From Balanoglossus misakiensis (lineage: Eukaryota > Animalia > Hemichordata): 64,000 bases of DNA. Positions 40,256-54,552 of this stretch are shown piece by piece. The stretch lies in contig CM082591.2 in NCBI GenBank assembly GCA_040954595.2, forward strand, positions 186,001 through 250,000. The letters are read 5' to 3'. Every line of letters begins with the position of its first letter. Position 1 is the stretch's first letter. The position numbers and the translations under genes are program-made. The notes beneath the pieces are model-generated. The model saw only the letters and a list, made by a program, of their open reading frames with translations, had not been told where the DNA came from and made no database searches.

Positions 40256-42533
40256 AGGGGGGCTTTCGTTGCCTTGCGAGTCGATATTGTGTCGGAAGTT
40301 TGGGAATGACACAAAACAAGAGACAAAGTCAATAAGGCTGCATCGATTCAACTCAAATGGCGCGTAAGTGAAAGCTAATCTGCGATGGAGTCGCTTCCCT
40401 TGAGAAATGCGACGATAATATTAAGTGGACATGAACAGTATTAAATTAACCCAATTTTCCTTTCGAAGCTGCCTACGCGCTGCATAATGAAGGCTTGTAT
40501 GACTAACATCTCACATCTTCCGGTTTCACGATAATCCTTCCTACACGATGTTTCCAAAGTGATATGCAAATTAATTCCTACGAGGGAATAGTCCACCGAA
40601 ACTCAAACTTGTAATAACAGAGTACACATTGCATCTGAAAATATGCTGATTGTACATATTTAAATGTGGCGTCGGTCAGCGCAAAGCATCATGCAATGCC
40701 CCTGAAATAGAACATTTTCTCGGCGAAAAGGAGACCAGTTTAGTTTTCACGGAAACTTTTTGAAAAATAGTTGGTTGGCTAATGTTTAATCGCCTAATCA
40801 CTCACAAGCCTTCCCACTCGTCTGCTTCCTACTCAGTATTCATCAGCACTCCACTAACTTTCAGACCCTACTCACTTAATTCACAATGTATCTTGGTGCA
40901 GATAACACAACACTCAGTGAGACGATAATTTATCGGAGGGAATTGATGAATTGCTGTTTGTGAAGGCTGGTTTTCTGCTCGAGATAAACGTTTCTTTCCG
41001 ATACACGAGAACGTTTCTGCCCCTTTCTTACAAGGAAAATGTTATTGGATCTCGACGTTGGGTCGACATTGCACTTAATTATGATTACTATATTCACGTT
41101 ATGAAATTAAAGTTAGGATGCTGTTATTTATTCTGTTCATTCACTTCACACTAGTCTTAGTCCGATTCCCAAATCACTAGATCAATAATTGTATTACAGT
41201 TCTCGTGCGTTTCCATTTCATGTTTTCGTGTATGTAAAATAAGCGTCTTCAGTTAAGGCTATTACGAATTATACTTATAACCTCGACCAATAAATGTAAT
41301 TTCAAGTTGCAGAGAAAACGAAATATTTCACGTGTTCGTTGCTACATGTTGAAGATGAACATTGAATACACATGTATTAAACGAACCACTTTCCATCATC
41401 GTCAGGTAATAGACACACAATCTACAATAAAAAACGTATCCCCACAATTAACAGGTAGTTTAAATAATTGACCAGAAGATTACTACTCTGGGTTGCGCAG
41501 GTGAACGGTGGCTAGTCTGAATTGTAAGAGGAGATTTGTAGTTAATTTGGAACATTGATCACGCGACGATTGTACATTAATGACGTAGACATTGATTTGG
41601 GGATCGATGACTGATGTTGTATGCAGTGCACGGTTAACTCTCGTGGTGATAATGCACAATGCAAGGAACGTGAAGTATCTTCTCAAACTGATGCACCAAG
41701 GGTCAAAGACCGAAGATTACACCTGAGGACCAACATGTCCTTCATGGAATGACTCCATGATAATACAATATTCTCCACAATGTCAAGGCAAATATCCTTG
41801 TCAGAATTATCCCCGAACTCCGCGTCTCTGACAACACTGTCAGTATCTGTACGCTTTGCCAGCAGTGAACATGCAGGTACACTTTCTTTTTCAACACCTC
41901 TAACCCTTATTTTGCAAGGAATCTCTTATGGCCACCTTTCATTGGCAGTCAGAGTAGTAGTTAGAAATATACGTTATATTTGTCTGAACCACTTAATTAA
42001 TGAGACTGTCACAGGTGTAGTCGGTAATCTTAAAGGATGTTTCCTACGCTCTGATAAATTCATTGACATTTACTTGGAGTCACCTATTAAAACGAATGTA
42101 AGCAAAAAAACATGACATAAACTATGCGTACTTGTAACGGCAAAATCAGAAAGGAAACATACTTACTGTTTAAATCATAAACGTCGAAAAGCTTATTAAG
42201 AACGTCTCCCATCCTTTCTGACTGTATATCCAATCCTTCTATGTCTCGAAGTTGTCTCTGTTGTATGCTTGGCAGTCTTCCAATTACGGCAGTTGTTTCT
42301 GGTTCACGTTTGGTTTTCCTAAATATATCTATATTATAGTGGACATTATCGTTATTTTTAAGGGCTTTGTTGCTCTCCGCAGTCTGTTTGCTTTGTCTCA
42401 GTGGACATAATAAGCAACTGTAGTTAACAGAGTTCGTTAGAGGTGCGCCTTGCACCCAGACCATGGTATCAAACACCACGTAGACGAATATAAGAAGACA
42501 GATCTGCCTCGGTGCGCTACCCACTCCTATCAT
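39190..42533 (-). CDS. Uncharacterised secreted prohormone-like protein with a single C-terminal EF-hand, 140 aa
   Basis: Coding exons 42533-42167 (upstream acceptor cttgcag at 42564; donor gtaagt; phase 1) and 39245-39190 (acceptor tctctttcag). Hydrophobic signal ...ICLLIFVYVVFDTMVWVQG|AP, basic sites RKTKR and RQLR. Splicing rebuilds the helix-loop-helix LNKLFDVY-DLNNDDFISRSE-FASVFRLLH*. Confidence 0.8.
40218..40262. repeat. (GA)n microsatellite plus G-run
   Basis: Read directly from the sequence. Confidence 0.85.
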
Positions 42534-45500
42534 CTCTTCTCGTTGTCAGCGATGTGCAACCTCCTGCAAGACACAGAGAAAGAATGTTCAGCAGAGAAGC
42601 GATGTTAGAAAAGTGAAGGCGTCACCAAAGTGATTATCCCTTAACTTCGTCAGTTCGTTTATAACATTACTTATTCTAGCGGTGCACGCTCCTTACGTAA
42701 GTTCCTGTCCAGCGTCTCCTCCTCTTTAATAATTTCCACGTGGTGTTGTCTATCTCTGCCTTTCTAGCTTTACGTTTCAATTCACTATAGTAAAATTTAT
42801 GATGACAGGAGCTTTGTATCTCCATAACTAGATCGAGGTGCTTGAAAATTTAACCCAGATACAGATATGCCTTGTGATGAGTCCCGCTTCCGTGTCGGCA
42901 AGTCCTCTGCTTAAAGTCCTGAATATGTTTTGAGGAAATGGAAATAAAACGACCATCACGTTTGTGGTGAGTAAATGGAATCGGTGTGACTTTGAACATT
43001 TACATCGTCAAAGCATTTTGCTAATTCCGACTTACTCTTATATACTCTTGTTTATCAACTAAAATGAGGAATCAAACTGATAGAAGTATTTTCATGCATG
43101 TCGTGGTTGGCGACAGATATTAGAAGATCAATTCACCAATTGTTCCATTTTTCTCTCCGTAAAAACTTCGATGAAAGTAACTCTGCAAAATAATTGTTAC
43201 GGGAATACTACTCCCTTTATGGCATGGCTTTTGTTGTGCAGTTTGCAACTTTGATATTAAGAAAAAAAATGTAATTATTTGTGGCTACCTCATGTAAGAC
43301 ATCATTCCGTCGTCTGCAAAGTAATTGCAGAGAGAACGCCAACAGCTTTTAACGAATAAATGTATCACAGTGTTTCTAAGTGCCACTTCCTGTAGGTAGC
43401 CCTAGGCCTGATAGGCGTCGCTGCTAATATGATCATAATCATATTTTTATGACACGATTGTAATCCCACAATTACATCAACAGTGGGAAGATTGTTCAGT
43501 GCGCCGCATTCTCTAATAGTGTCTGGCGGTCTGTTTTCTGATCTGGCGATAATCTTTGACATTTTAATATACAATAGTGTGAGCCCCTTTCACCATCCGA
43601 CGTTTACCGTCAAAATGAAAAAAAAACACCTCATCACTTCGACATGTCAACAGATTTCTCGCCACAATTTTGAACCAGCTACAAATATGAGTGTACTTTC
43701 GGCCATTATGACAAAAACATTCAACGCCCCGCAAATAATGGTATAATTAACCAACCATACTAATCAAATCATTTTATTTTTATTCGCTTTCTGATAGGAA
43801 ATTGCAGCGCGACTCAAAAATTCAATATAATTGCGACTTTCTTGGTGGCCTACAGTACACGAGATTTTATCGCTCAACTAGGTACTCATTTTCACTTAAG
43901 ATGGCGAGAATGAATGAAAATTAACGAAATCAATATTTAATTGGATTAGACCAGATGTTAAGTAGGTAAGAATTATCACGTCATGAGGCATGATGGGAAA
44001 AAAACGAATAAATAGTAGGCAGGACAGACATTTTAAATACTAACTCGACAAAAAGAACGGAGGACAAATAAGCCTTTGAATACTAGTATACAATTCTTTT
44101 CGTACATATTGTTATCGCTGTCAGAGATTTTTGCGATGACCAGTCTCACAAAATTGTCGCAAAGACCCCCCCCCCCCCAATAGTTTTTGTGACGATGTGT
44201 ATTTATTTTATGGGGAAGCGTATCCTGTTAGGGTGCTTCTACACCTCTCAAGATTAAGCCAAAATTTGCCTGAGTGTAAAAGGAGTGTGATTCAGCTAAG
44301 CCTCCAAATTACCGTTCTGAGTCAAAGCCGCTGTCACCGTCACTGTCCTTCGTCATTTAGATGGAGCAACATCATATCGTACTTGTAGACGTAGGCCTGA
44401 AACCTTGACAACATCAAGGCTTAAATTTTTTACTTACTAATGATATGAGGATGAAAGATATGTAACCCACGCTCCGAGAGTACGTCAAACACAGGTGTGC
44501 GTGAGACCGCACGCATCAATTATCATATAATGGTTAAGTTGAGAACTTCCCATACTTGACACATCACTTAACAATGTGACAAGGACTCGGTTTTATCACG
44601 ACTAATGCTAATTTGGTTTTAAGTTAGTAAGCATTGTCAGATCAATAACGTACAAAGATCCGCCATGTTGATTTAAGGTTTTGCAAGATCACGGTCATTT
44701 TAAACCCACAAATAAAATTAGTATGTCAGTCTGTCTGTCTAAACCTAAATACACAAGTTTGGACCTACGTTGGTCCTAGTTGATAGTTTAGGCCAATGTC
44801 AGTTACTCTGAATATACCTAAAGCACGTGCGTTTTACCAAAGCACTGGTCGCCAATTGGTTAGAGTAAAACCCACATTTAATATAGTTCACTGTATGCAT
44901 ATTTGTATGATGTATAATTTGCTTTGTCGGCAAAGAAGGTCAATCTGATATTTTTATATTGCAAGCATCTCTGACGTAATGTGACAAAACGGGAATGTAG
45001 GTGACGTCATTCATGAACTGAATACTATCGTTTACAATCAGGTTAAACGTTTAAAATTGAGGTTGCTAATTATATGTCTTTGTGTCATTTACATTCAGTT
45101 TTTCATTTGAAATATTTTTGTAGGAAACCGTTTAAACATTTGCATTTGTTACATGCAACGATTTTTCATTAAATTAATAGTAACAAAATCTAAATTACAT
45201 ATGTTTAATATAGGGCTATTTATAGAATTAGGGCTTGCTTGACAAACCATACGTTGAGTGTAAGATTGGGCCAAGACTCTCAGCTTTGGTAAAATATGAC
45301 CCTCTCCATCTAGTTATCTATCTCTGCCTATGTCCCTCCCGCTGTCGGTTCGTCTGTCTCGGGCTCTGTGTCATTTTCTATGTCTCTGTCCGTCCGTCCG
45401 TCCCCAGGCTGTCTGTCTATCTTAAGCCTTTGTGAGGAAATATGCCACGCTATGCGGTAGTCACACTTAACCAAGCACGTGATGACGTTATAACGGCTTC

Positions 45501-46688
45501 TTTGCTTTTCCAGAAGAGGTCCAATTTGCGAGAAAACCAACCACAGTCACTTAATATCTATAAATACTTTACGACAACGTAATAAGTTCAAACAATTAAC
45601 CTTCGTGGTGAACGTTTACACGGCATGTAATTTTATCAAATAATATCTACGGTCTGCTACAAAAATGACAAGTTTGTACTTTCTTTGAACATGTAAGAAG
45701 AACGTGACCGTGATATCGGTTACAAAAATCAATACATAGATCGGCTTTGCATTTGGTTAGAGATTATTCTCCACTTTCGATTAGAATGTGTCCTTTGAGT
45801 CTTACTACGTCCGTGATGAGAAACACCAAAACAGGCACTGCCCCCAGTGGGGATGTGTACAACACACCAGGTTCATGAGACTTAGAAAATAGGAAATAGA
45901 ACATATATATGCATCTTACTTAGTTTGTATTATTGAAAGCTTGCTATAGACACAATTTCAAAGAGATTGTACCATTACCATGTTAATTATCTTCATGTTT
46001 CCATATTTAATTAAGCTTTCAAATGTGGCACTAAATGTTGAAACTTGCCTACCAGCATGTACCGTCAATGTACTGGTGCATATTCGAAATATATTAAAAG
46101 CAGCATTTTCAACCAAGCCCTTCCGCAACTATTGAAAACAGTAGCAATACAGGCATGTCAAAGAAACCGTTATGGCTTACCTTGAATAATAAGGAAATCT
46201 TGCGATGTTAGGTTATGGAATATCATGGAGATCCGCGCTATATCATGGGCAGGACCTTAAACATAAGTTCTGACCCATACACGTGCTTTGCCATTTGCGC
46301 TTGCGCGGCCCAGAGTACCGCTTTAGTCTATTTCAATGACCAGTTTTAATCAGGTCGATTTGAGGCCATTCTGGCATAATGCATGTTGGAACTTTAAATG
46401 CAATACTTTATGTACACGTTCTACAGTTGGAATGGATAACGTCTTCAGTTTAAACCTTATATTTCTTTGTGTTTGCATAGTGACATCTAATCATACCACT
46501 CCGAGTGAACCCATTGAAACATTTCACAACCGATGATGTTGTTCGTCTGTAGACCATATCAGAAATCAAGCTTACTAAAGTTACAGCCTGTATGTCTAAT
46601 AGGGGAAATTTCTCTTTCAATATTGAATGTTATTTTCATATATGCTTTTGCCCGTCTATTTGTCGTCTGTTACCAAAGCCAAATGTCT

Positions 46689-46749
46689 CACTCTCTCTCT
46701 TTCTGTCTGTCTGTCTGTCTGTCTGTCTGCCTCTCTCTCTCTCTCTCTG
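46689..46749. repeat. Compound (CT)n/(CTGT)n microsatellite
   Basis: Read directly from the sequence. Confidence 0.85.
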
Positions 46750-47660
46750 TACTTCATCAATCTAACAGGGCACACTAAATCTAATAAGATACGCTGTTGG
46801 GAGGCACAAATTGATTTTAGACATATCTGACTAATTGGTATAATCTGCTTATTAATTAAGAAAAATTACTTATCATGCGCAAACAATTCATTATCATGTT
46901 AAACGACACATACACAGTACAGAGTCTAATTTTGGATACTGCTAATGGAAAGCGTGAGTAGTGACTTATTGTAGATTCACTCTTGATATCAACAGCCGGG
47001 AAGCCTATCGTCTGTAGCAAAGTATCTCGTAAAAGCAAGGGATCATTAAGGGATCAACTTGGCTTGAAATATTCTACACATCGTGACAATTCTCTACAAA
47101 ATGCCAATCGGCGTGCTTAAATGGTTTATGGTGTACCAAATACATTAAGCTTTTAAGGAAATATCGAAACACGTGAAAACAAGTGTGACTTGTAAAAGAT
47201 TACGGGGGGGGGGGGGTAAGTTGTCAATCGTACATTATATTTACTTATAGATTCGTACAAGATGAAGTCGGGTGATACACCCACCTTCCTGTCATCCATC
47301 TATCCTTCTCTTATACGCACACAAGCTCACGTACGTACGTAAATACATAAACCATGGTATAGACTGATCACCGTGCAATATTGTTGGTATAAAGATCGTG
47401 CAGTCTTAATTACGTCATTGAGACATGCATTGTTCCAGTTCAACCAGAGTTCATTTCTCACGCTTATGGCCGAAAGCGCCCTCTATAGCGTATATAATAG
47501 TAGCCTGCAGCACCGTTCGAAAATGACTAGCATTTGTGCAATGCGATACTTCTAGTGAAGATTTTTAAATTAGAGAAATTGGTTTTATAATTCATATCAC
47601 CTGGGTTATGTGCAGCATTTAATCAAGCGTATTTATTAATGTGTGCATACCCGCGCGCGT

Positions 47661-47729
47661 GCACACACACACACACAGAGATAGAGAGATACCGACAGAC
47701 AGACAGACAGACAGATAAATAGATAGATA
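47661..47729. repeat. Compound (CA)n/(GACA)n/(GATA)n microsatellite
   Basis: Read directly from the sequence. Confidence 0.8.
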
Positions 47730-50700
47730 TGCGAAAGGTTTACTGGCAGAAAAATCTATCGGTCATAAGTGTAAATAGGTAATTTTGTCGGTAGATTATT
47801 ACAGCCACGTCTTTTGTGCACGCGTCGCCAGTCGTCTGTCATGTTGGGTTAGTTTGCAGGCAAGTGGAGTAGTCAAGCAGAGACCTATACCGATCTCCCC
47901 GCGCTGAATTAATCAACCTTCGACTGGCAAGCAGTTAATCAAAGTCCCTGGGGTGTTTTCTCTTTGCGTCGACAAGCGCGATGTTTGAAGATATCAGATC
48001 ACGTGATGTGGTCGTCTATCACAAATAAGCTTATGTGACAAATAACGTCCCTGTTCATTCTGTAACATTATGCATTACAATTTAAGTAAAATTGCACCGA
48101 TTGATCGAAATTTTTCCTATTTTGTGATATTTTTACATTTTATTGCATTTCTTCATTTGTTAATGGAAAACTTCCAATCATAAAAATGAAATTGGTCACG
48201 GAACTTCGTCGTTTTCCAAATGTTACTGTTACGAGCTAATTGTTGAGCTGGATCGTTCTTAAAACCTCAACACATTTTGTCAACTATTAGTCAGTAAAAC
48301 ATGATCAACTAAAATGCGCGAGTATTTTCTAATTTAATAGATGATACATTTGGAAGAAAGGTGAAACGTGGTGACATTTTGTGAAGCATAAATCATTGTT
48401 TGACTGTGGTAAATTAGGCTGTTCTCTCTGTCGCCAAACTTGTCTCCCATGTAGCAAATGGAATTATTCCAACGGCTGAACGGCGTCTGAAAAATGTATT
48501 ATCATCAAAGTATGCATGCTTTCTAGAGTAATTTGATTATTGGCAAATCATCAGATTACCACGGCGATCTGCCTTGAGTTCACGTTATTACAATTTCTAA
48601 AAGACTGGTTTTCTGTCCTCAGTGAGAAGGGGCGGCAGACAGACGGAGAGAAACTGACAGACATGCACCGGGGCAGAAACAGCGAGGAAGAGAAACGCAA
48701 ACAAAGATAGGAAGAAAAACTCGCGATTTACTGAACTGTGACGAGATCTATCATTATCCAAGCTATAACCAGTGCACAAAGAAATGGTTTTATCGATTAA
48801 TATTGTTTGTTTTAAGATGACGAGAAATCACAACATTCAGGGTACAGCCAACGAAATGGACGTGAATTGCATAGCAATACACCGATACAACCGTTGGTGC
48901 GTGAGAACGTATAACAAATGATTGACAATAAACTTATTTATAAACTTGAAAGTAATTGGACAAAAAAAACTACCTGCGATGTTCCTTTACAACTCGAAGG
49001 CAGGTAGAATCTATTTTCGTGACAGGGCCTTTACAACATTATTGTATGTTTGTGGGTTTTTTTAAGTTAACTTCATGTGCAGGAAGTGTGTCATAAAGGT
49101 ATTTAAAGATAATGTAATTTTATGCTAGCGACGTCATTTTGTGTCCGCGAATCTATTTCAGTATGAATTCTACCGTTCAGTTTGTTTCAAAACAGGAAAT
49201 TAAAAGATTTGATGTCTTGCAAATATCATGAAATTACGTCAACGAGTTTCTAATAAGGCTAATGTGTGTTAGTATTCTTAATGATCACGTGACAACAAAT
49301 CGCTAGCGCTATGTTCGAACAATTTGAAATATCTCCACCTTTGATAACCTTCTTAGGTAGTTCGTCAGATTACAGTGTACTTGCCCCTGTATTAGACTTT
49401 AAATTCACTGACACGTCACGTGACATATCCAAGAAACCGTTTCATGCAAACTGAGTCGTCTATCTACTGTTGGGGAATTCACCGGAAAGAAAATATATTC
49501 AAATTAATAAGGTTTTACTTCAGTGAAAGATCGCCTGATAGGATTAACTGGCTGTCTTTATGATCCATTTGCAAGCAGTATGGCGTCATACACAGTGAAA
49601 TGAAGACAGTGGCACTGGAAAATTAGATTTTTCACTCACTTGTTTTTCGCCGTTTCTTTTTCTTTTCTTTTTTTTGAGGAGGGGGCTATAGGTTTTGGAA
49701 AGGGAAGTCTTGCTTCGGCTATCGCACAAAACTGTACACTTGATATTTTTAGATTTCCAAACCCGTCAATCGGGAATGAAACGCTAAGGTTTGCATTATT
49801 GTATTGGTATTAACGTCATATCCGTTTGTGGAGTTGCAGGGAACGTTAAATGCAATTTTATGTAGCCTACTTGTATTGGCGGTCTTGTGTGGGACACGTC
49901 AACAGGCTAGAATATACCTGCATGAAATTGCCGATGCGTGGCAAATAAATTAATACATAAATCAGACGGTTTGTCAATTATTTGCACAAAGACGTAAAGG
50001 ACAGAGATCAATACAGTTCTTGGATCAAAGCAGGCTAGTAATATTGCAGCACAACACAGCACATTACTCGAAGGAAGATGCATTATATATTAGGGATTGA
50101 CGAGATTGCCATATTACATATAAGTGCTTGTTTGGGAGCGCCTTGTATTAAAACAAAACTTGTTTCCTTGAAATGTGTTTCACAATGTTACACTTTGCAA
50201 TTTATGATCTTAATAATCATTGATCTGGCAGATAACATCTTTACTACATGTGTACCTATTGGAAAAATCTTAGAAAGAGGTCAAACAAGCACGTTCTCTG
50301 AAATGAAGTGGAAAACAAACTGATATATTGTCATGCTTTGAAACAAACGGCAACTGCTTAAATTTTACCCTGAATTGCAAAACACGCAATCTCACAGGAA
50401 AACCGGAGACAACCTGGGAATAGGAATACTTGTCTGCTTAAAGATCTCTGTGTAAATAGAGAATTCGTTCGATATGCTGCTAATGGTGTTTGTTCTGATG
50501 TGGTGCGCACACATAAACGTCATTTTAGTCGGGCATTGGCAGTGCAACCTTAAAGTATCCTGCACCACGAATCTCCTCAAACATCATATGAAGACCTTGC
50601 ATGGTTTTTAACATATCCCGGAAAGGTATTATTGAAACTCAGGCCTACTTACTCAAAAGGAATTCAATAATTACAAATTTTGTTTAAAGTGAGATTGCAA

Positions 50701-53700
50701 AGACACACTTTAGTGGTTGATAAGGAAATTAATCGATGAGGAAATTAAACTTATAGCGAAGATTAGTGTTAGTCAATTCCCATAATATCACATTAACAGA
50801 TAATGTATTTTCATCATAACTTTTTAGAGTCAACATCACTTGCGTCTATGACCTAGAACTTGTATATGTGACTAATTTGCCATTGCTTGAGCACGTGATT
50901 GACACAAAGATACATAGGATTAATTTAATGGGCGTTAAGATGGACTTTGATAAACTCAAACATTGATTCTGTCATAGCTGAGTAGATAAGGCGCTTGACA
51001 TGACAAAATAACAATCTAATGTAGCCCTTGAACTTTCCGAGAAAATGACGCGTTCTACTCATATGAGTGATCCATCACCTTAGACAATCTTAGAATTTCA
51101 GATACTTTTCACAGCAGACCAATATCAAAATATGTCTAACAGGTCCCTTCACATTTCTTACACACCCCATTAAACAAAATACCAGAGTCAATATCAGCCC
51201 GGACAATAAATTTATACATTTATGAGACTTAATGTTTGCTTGTTAAAGGGAGGTTCAAGCTTCGAGAAGTGAATGCATAGAAATGCGACAGGTATATGCT
51301 TACCTATAGATTAAACCGAATAGTCGTCAGGAAAGTCGCTCCAATGAAGAGCAGAAAATCACCAACGCTTGCATAGATGTCCGTTTTGAAGAATTACAAG
51401 CATGAGGAATAAAATGTGTTTGTGTAATTTATGCAGTCAAGACTCCTGAGTGCCCCAATGCTTCTCACCCTACACTCAAGTTAATTAAAACTTCTACTGT
51501 GCCTTCAACACACTCATACCACAGTTCACATTTTAAAATCACGTGATTGGGGGAAAATCGATGTCACCCAGGATTGGTGTCTGCCTTCAATGACGTCATA
51601 CGCAATTTTGTGCGTCATTGCAAATAACTAGGTCCAGAGAGAGAGAAGGGGGGGGGGGGATAGGGGGAGCCTTGGAGGGAGCCAAAGACAGAGAATTTGG
51701 GGATACAAAAAGATCTATAGATTATTCATATTCGAAATTTGGCGCATGGAGAGCTCTTTTGGTTTAGAGAATACAACATGAGCACAACTTGGCTATGCTA
51801 TTCTCGTTAGTAGGTCTATTGAAGAATTGTGTAGAGGCTCATTCATCAAAGGAAAACACTTTGATGTGTATGAAGTAATGTGCTGAAGTTTTACCTCCAA
51901 CACTTGGCTTTTCTGTTCACATGATCACTAGAGCAATCATTGACCACTTCAACTGAACACATACGTCAAGATGTTCATATCACGAATAACACGACTGTAG
52001 TAGGACTTCTGAGTCAACTTCCCACCAAAGAACAGAACAATTTCATTTTCGATGTTTTACATTTTTTTCTTGGAAATACTGGGATCATTTTGTGGTCATT
52101 GTGCTTGCGTCAAAGTAGAATGCACGTGCTGTGCCATTACATTCAAGGACACCATCGTTGCGTATATTTTTAAAATGTCCGGTCTACAGCAAAGGGATTT
52201 ATACTTCCCGTTATTTCAATGTCTCAGTAATTTCCATTTACGTATATTTTCTAGAACCGTGCGGAGCAGAGATGATTGCATCTTAAAGCATGCGAAGGAA
52301 ACGCGCGTTTATCAAAAAATAATATGGTAATCAGGGACCGATAACAAAAGGGTACAATCTTGTGGGACTTACCTAATTGCTGAGCGGGGTCATGACATTT
52401 TGTTGGCGAGCCACTACGAGAACATTTCTGATTATTTCATTCTTCTAAAACAGCCAATTCGTGCGTTGCTACAAAAGAAGACCGGAATATTTGATAAATG
52501 AAATCACCAAGAATTCAAAGTCAATAAATCGGAAAAATGTTTCCTTTGGAGGCTAATTATGTTTCGTTTATGGCAAACATTTCTTTGGAACGCTGCTTTT
52601 CCAAAGGTATTAGCATTGACTCTCATGAATGGTTGTACTTTTACCGGGAATTAGTAGAGATCACGGAAACTACAAAACCAGATGTAATCTCTCTCTCTTC
52701 CTCCCCTTCCTCTCCCCATTTCTCTCTCTTTCCCCTCTCTATCACTCTCTCTCAGAATGGTATCATTTTTCACAACCTTGGCTATACCAATTAAATCCAG
52801 AGGGCATTTTATTTTTCTGTCCCTTGGGTAAATTCTACGGAACGTAAATGGATTTGACATTGCCGTTATTAAGAGAGACTGCTTTCATGATATCGTCTTT
52901 AATTAAGTTCAAAGAGTCGAATTTTATTTGCTCACCTCAAGTCTTATATTAACAAATAAATTTGGCTTATGGAAACTGTTTTTACATCTTGACAGCAATA
53001 CTGACTGAAAGTAGTAATATATTCCATATGCTAGCAGAAAATTCTGCTGTTTTTTTATTATCGTGATCGTTCAATTGAATAGGTCGGAAAGTTAACAGTT
53101 TGCTTAAAGGGGGATGTGGTTGGTGACTGCGCATGCGTGACGGTTTACCTGAGAAGAGTACAGGTCATTCCTCGCTGAGAGAAATATTGCAACAATTAAA
53201 TAGAGCCTGAAGGAGGACAACTTGTGGGGCAGGTAGAGACACAAGTGTGAAATATGGATTTGGAGGAATACTGAAATAAATGCTGTCATCACACAATTTT
53301 CTTTTTATGGCAAATTGTGGGCCACTTTTCAATAAGGTTTCTACCTCTGACGTCATCTATTATTTGCTGTCCCGTATTTCCAGTGAGTCAAAGGATGCTT
53401 CAGTCTACCTCTGACATTTCTAGATGAACAAGGACAATTACTTTGCTGTTTATTCTCATTTGCCTGCAAACTTTTCGCCATTTTTTCAAATATTTGAAGA
53501 GAAAACGGAAGTGCCGTCGATTCTTTGAGTTCAACTTCCTACAGGCGTTATAACATTCATCGTTTGCGCTAACCAAGATTACATTTAATAGCGATATAGT
53601 ATACCACATTAAAAGGGCGCAACCAGATTTGTTTGGATTTCTACAATGTCATTTGAAGAATAAGTGTGTGCTACATGAACTTGAGAGTCCTCTCACAAGA

Positions 53701-54552
53701 TTGCAAATATTTTATAAGAAGATTCAACCATGGAAAATATACTATTTCGGAATGCAAAACTTAATTCTAGCTACGTGGAAAAGAGTGTTATTTCTATATA
53801 GCGGATGTTTTGTTAAGACAACAAATATTTATAGAAAGTCTTAATTTCCTTTGAATGGCATTTCATTTCAGTGTTACAGCTGCTGGGCCATATACAAGTG
53901 AGTATGTGGAGAGTGGCGAACACAGTTGTCATCCCGAGTGCTAGTTTAGTAGGTAGAGGATGGTTTCTGGTAATATTTCTAATTAGGACCAATAAACAAG
54001 CTGCTATTTTAGCAACACCTGTGATAGACAACAAATAAGAGTGTCGACGTCACTTTCAACCACTGCATCACATTTTTTTCATTGTTATTTTTATTTTGTA
54101 TGTAACATTACATCAAGAAACGTAAAACTATTTACACAAGTAACAACCTGTTGCCAGCACCACTAGGCCAAACACATGATCTTCCTCCTCATTTTATTAT
54201 GAATGTGAAACAAACATTAATACTGTGAATGGTTAAATTGAATTCTCATGAAAAGAGGTTTGACTCAAAAGGGACCTTTTTGCTCTCTTTGAAATTATTT
54301 TGGCTGTTTTGATATGGGGAATTAATTATTTACATAAAATAGATGGCCAATAGAATTTGAATCCCAACCTGGGCACACACATGGCAAGAAAGTCATTCAA
54401 TGCAATTTCTTCTAAACAATCATGCTGCATGTTTCGATCAGCTGAACGAACAAACCCCTTTCACAAGCAACAAAATTAGCCAAAATAATGCCCCAAAAGA
54501 ATCTTTCTTCCTTCAAAAGCAACATATTTCACAAGGAGTGAAGTCTTTAAAA

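Noticed and set aside
50398-50553. Open frame after cacag|, ENRRQPGNRNTCLLKDLCVNREF..., containing RR and C-x5-C like a third calcitonin-type exon
   Set aside because: No C-terminal Pro-Gly-basic amidation site, an extra cysteine, phase 0, and no linked signal-peptide exon; probably chance
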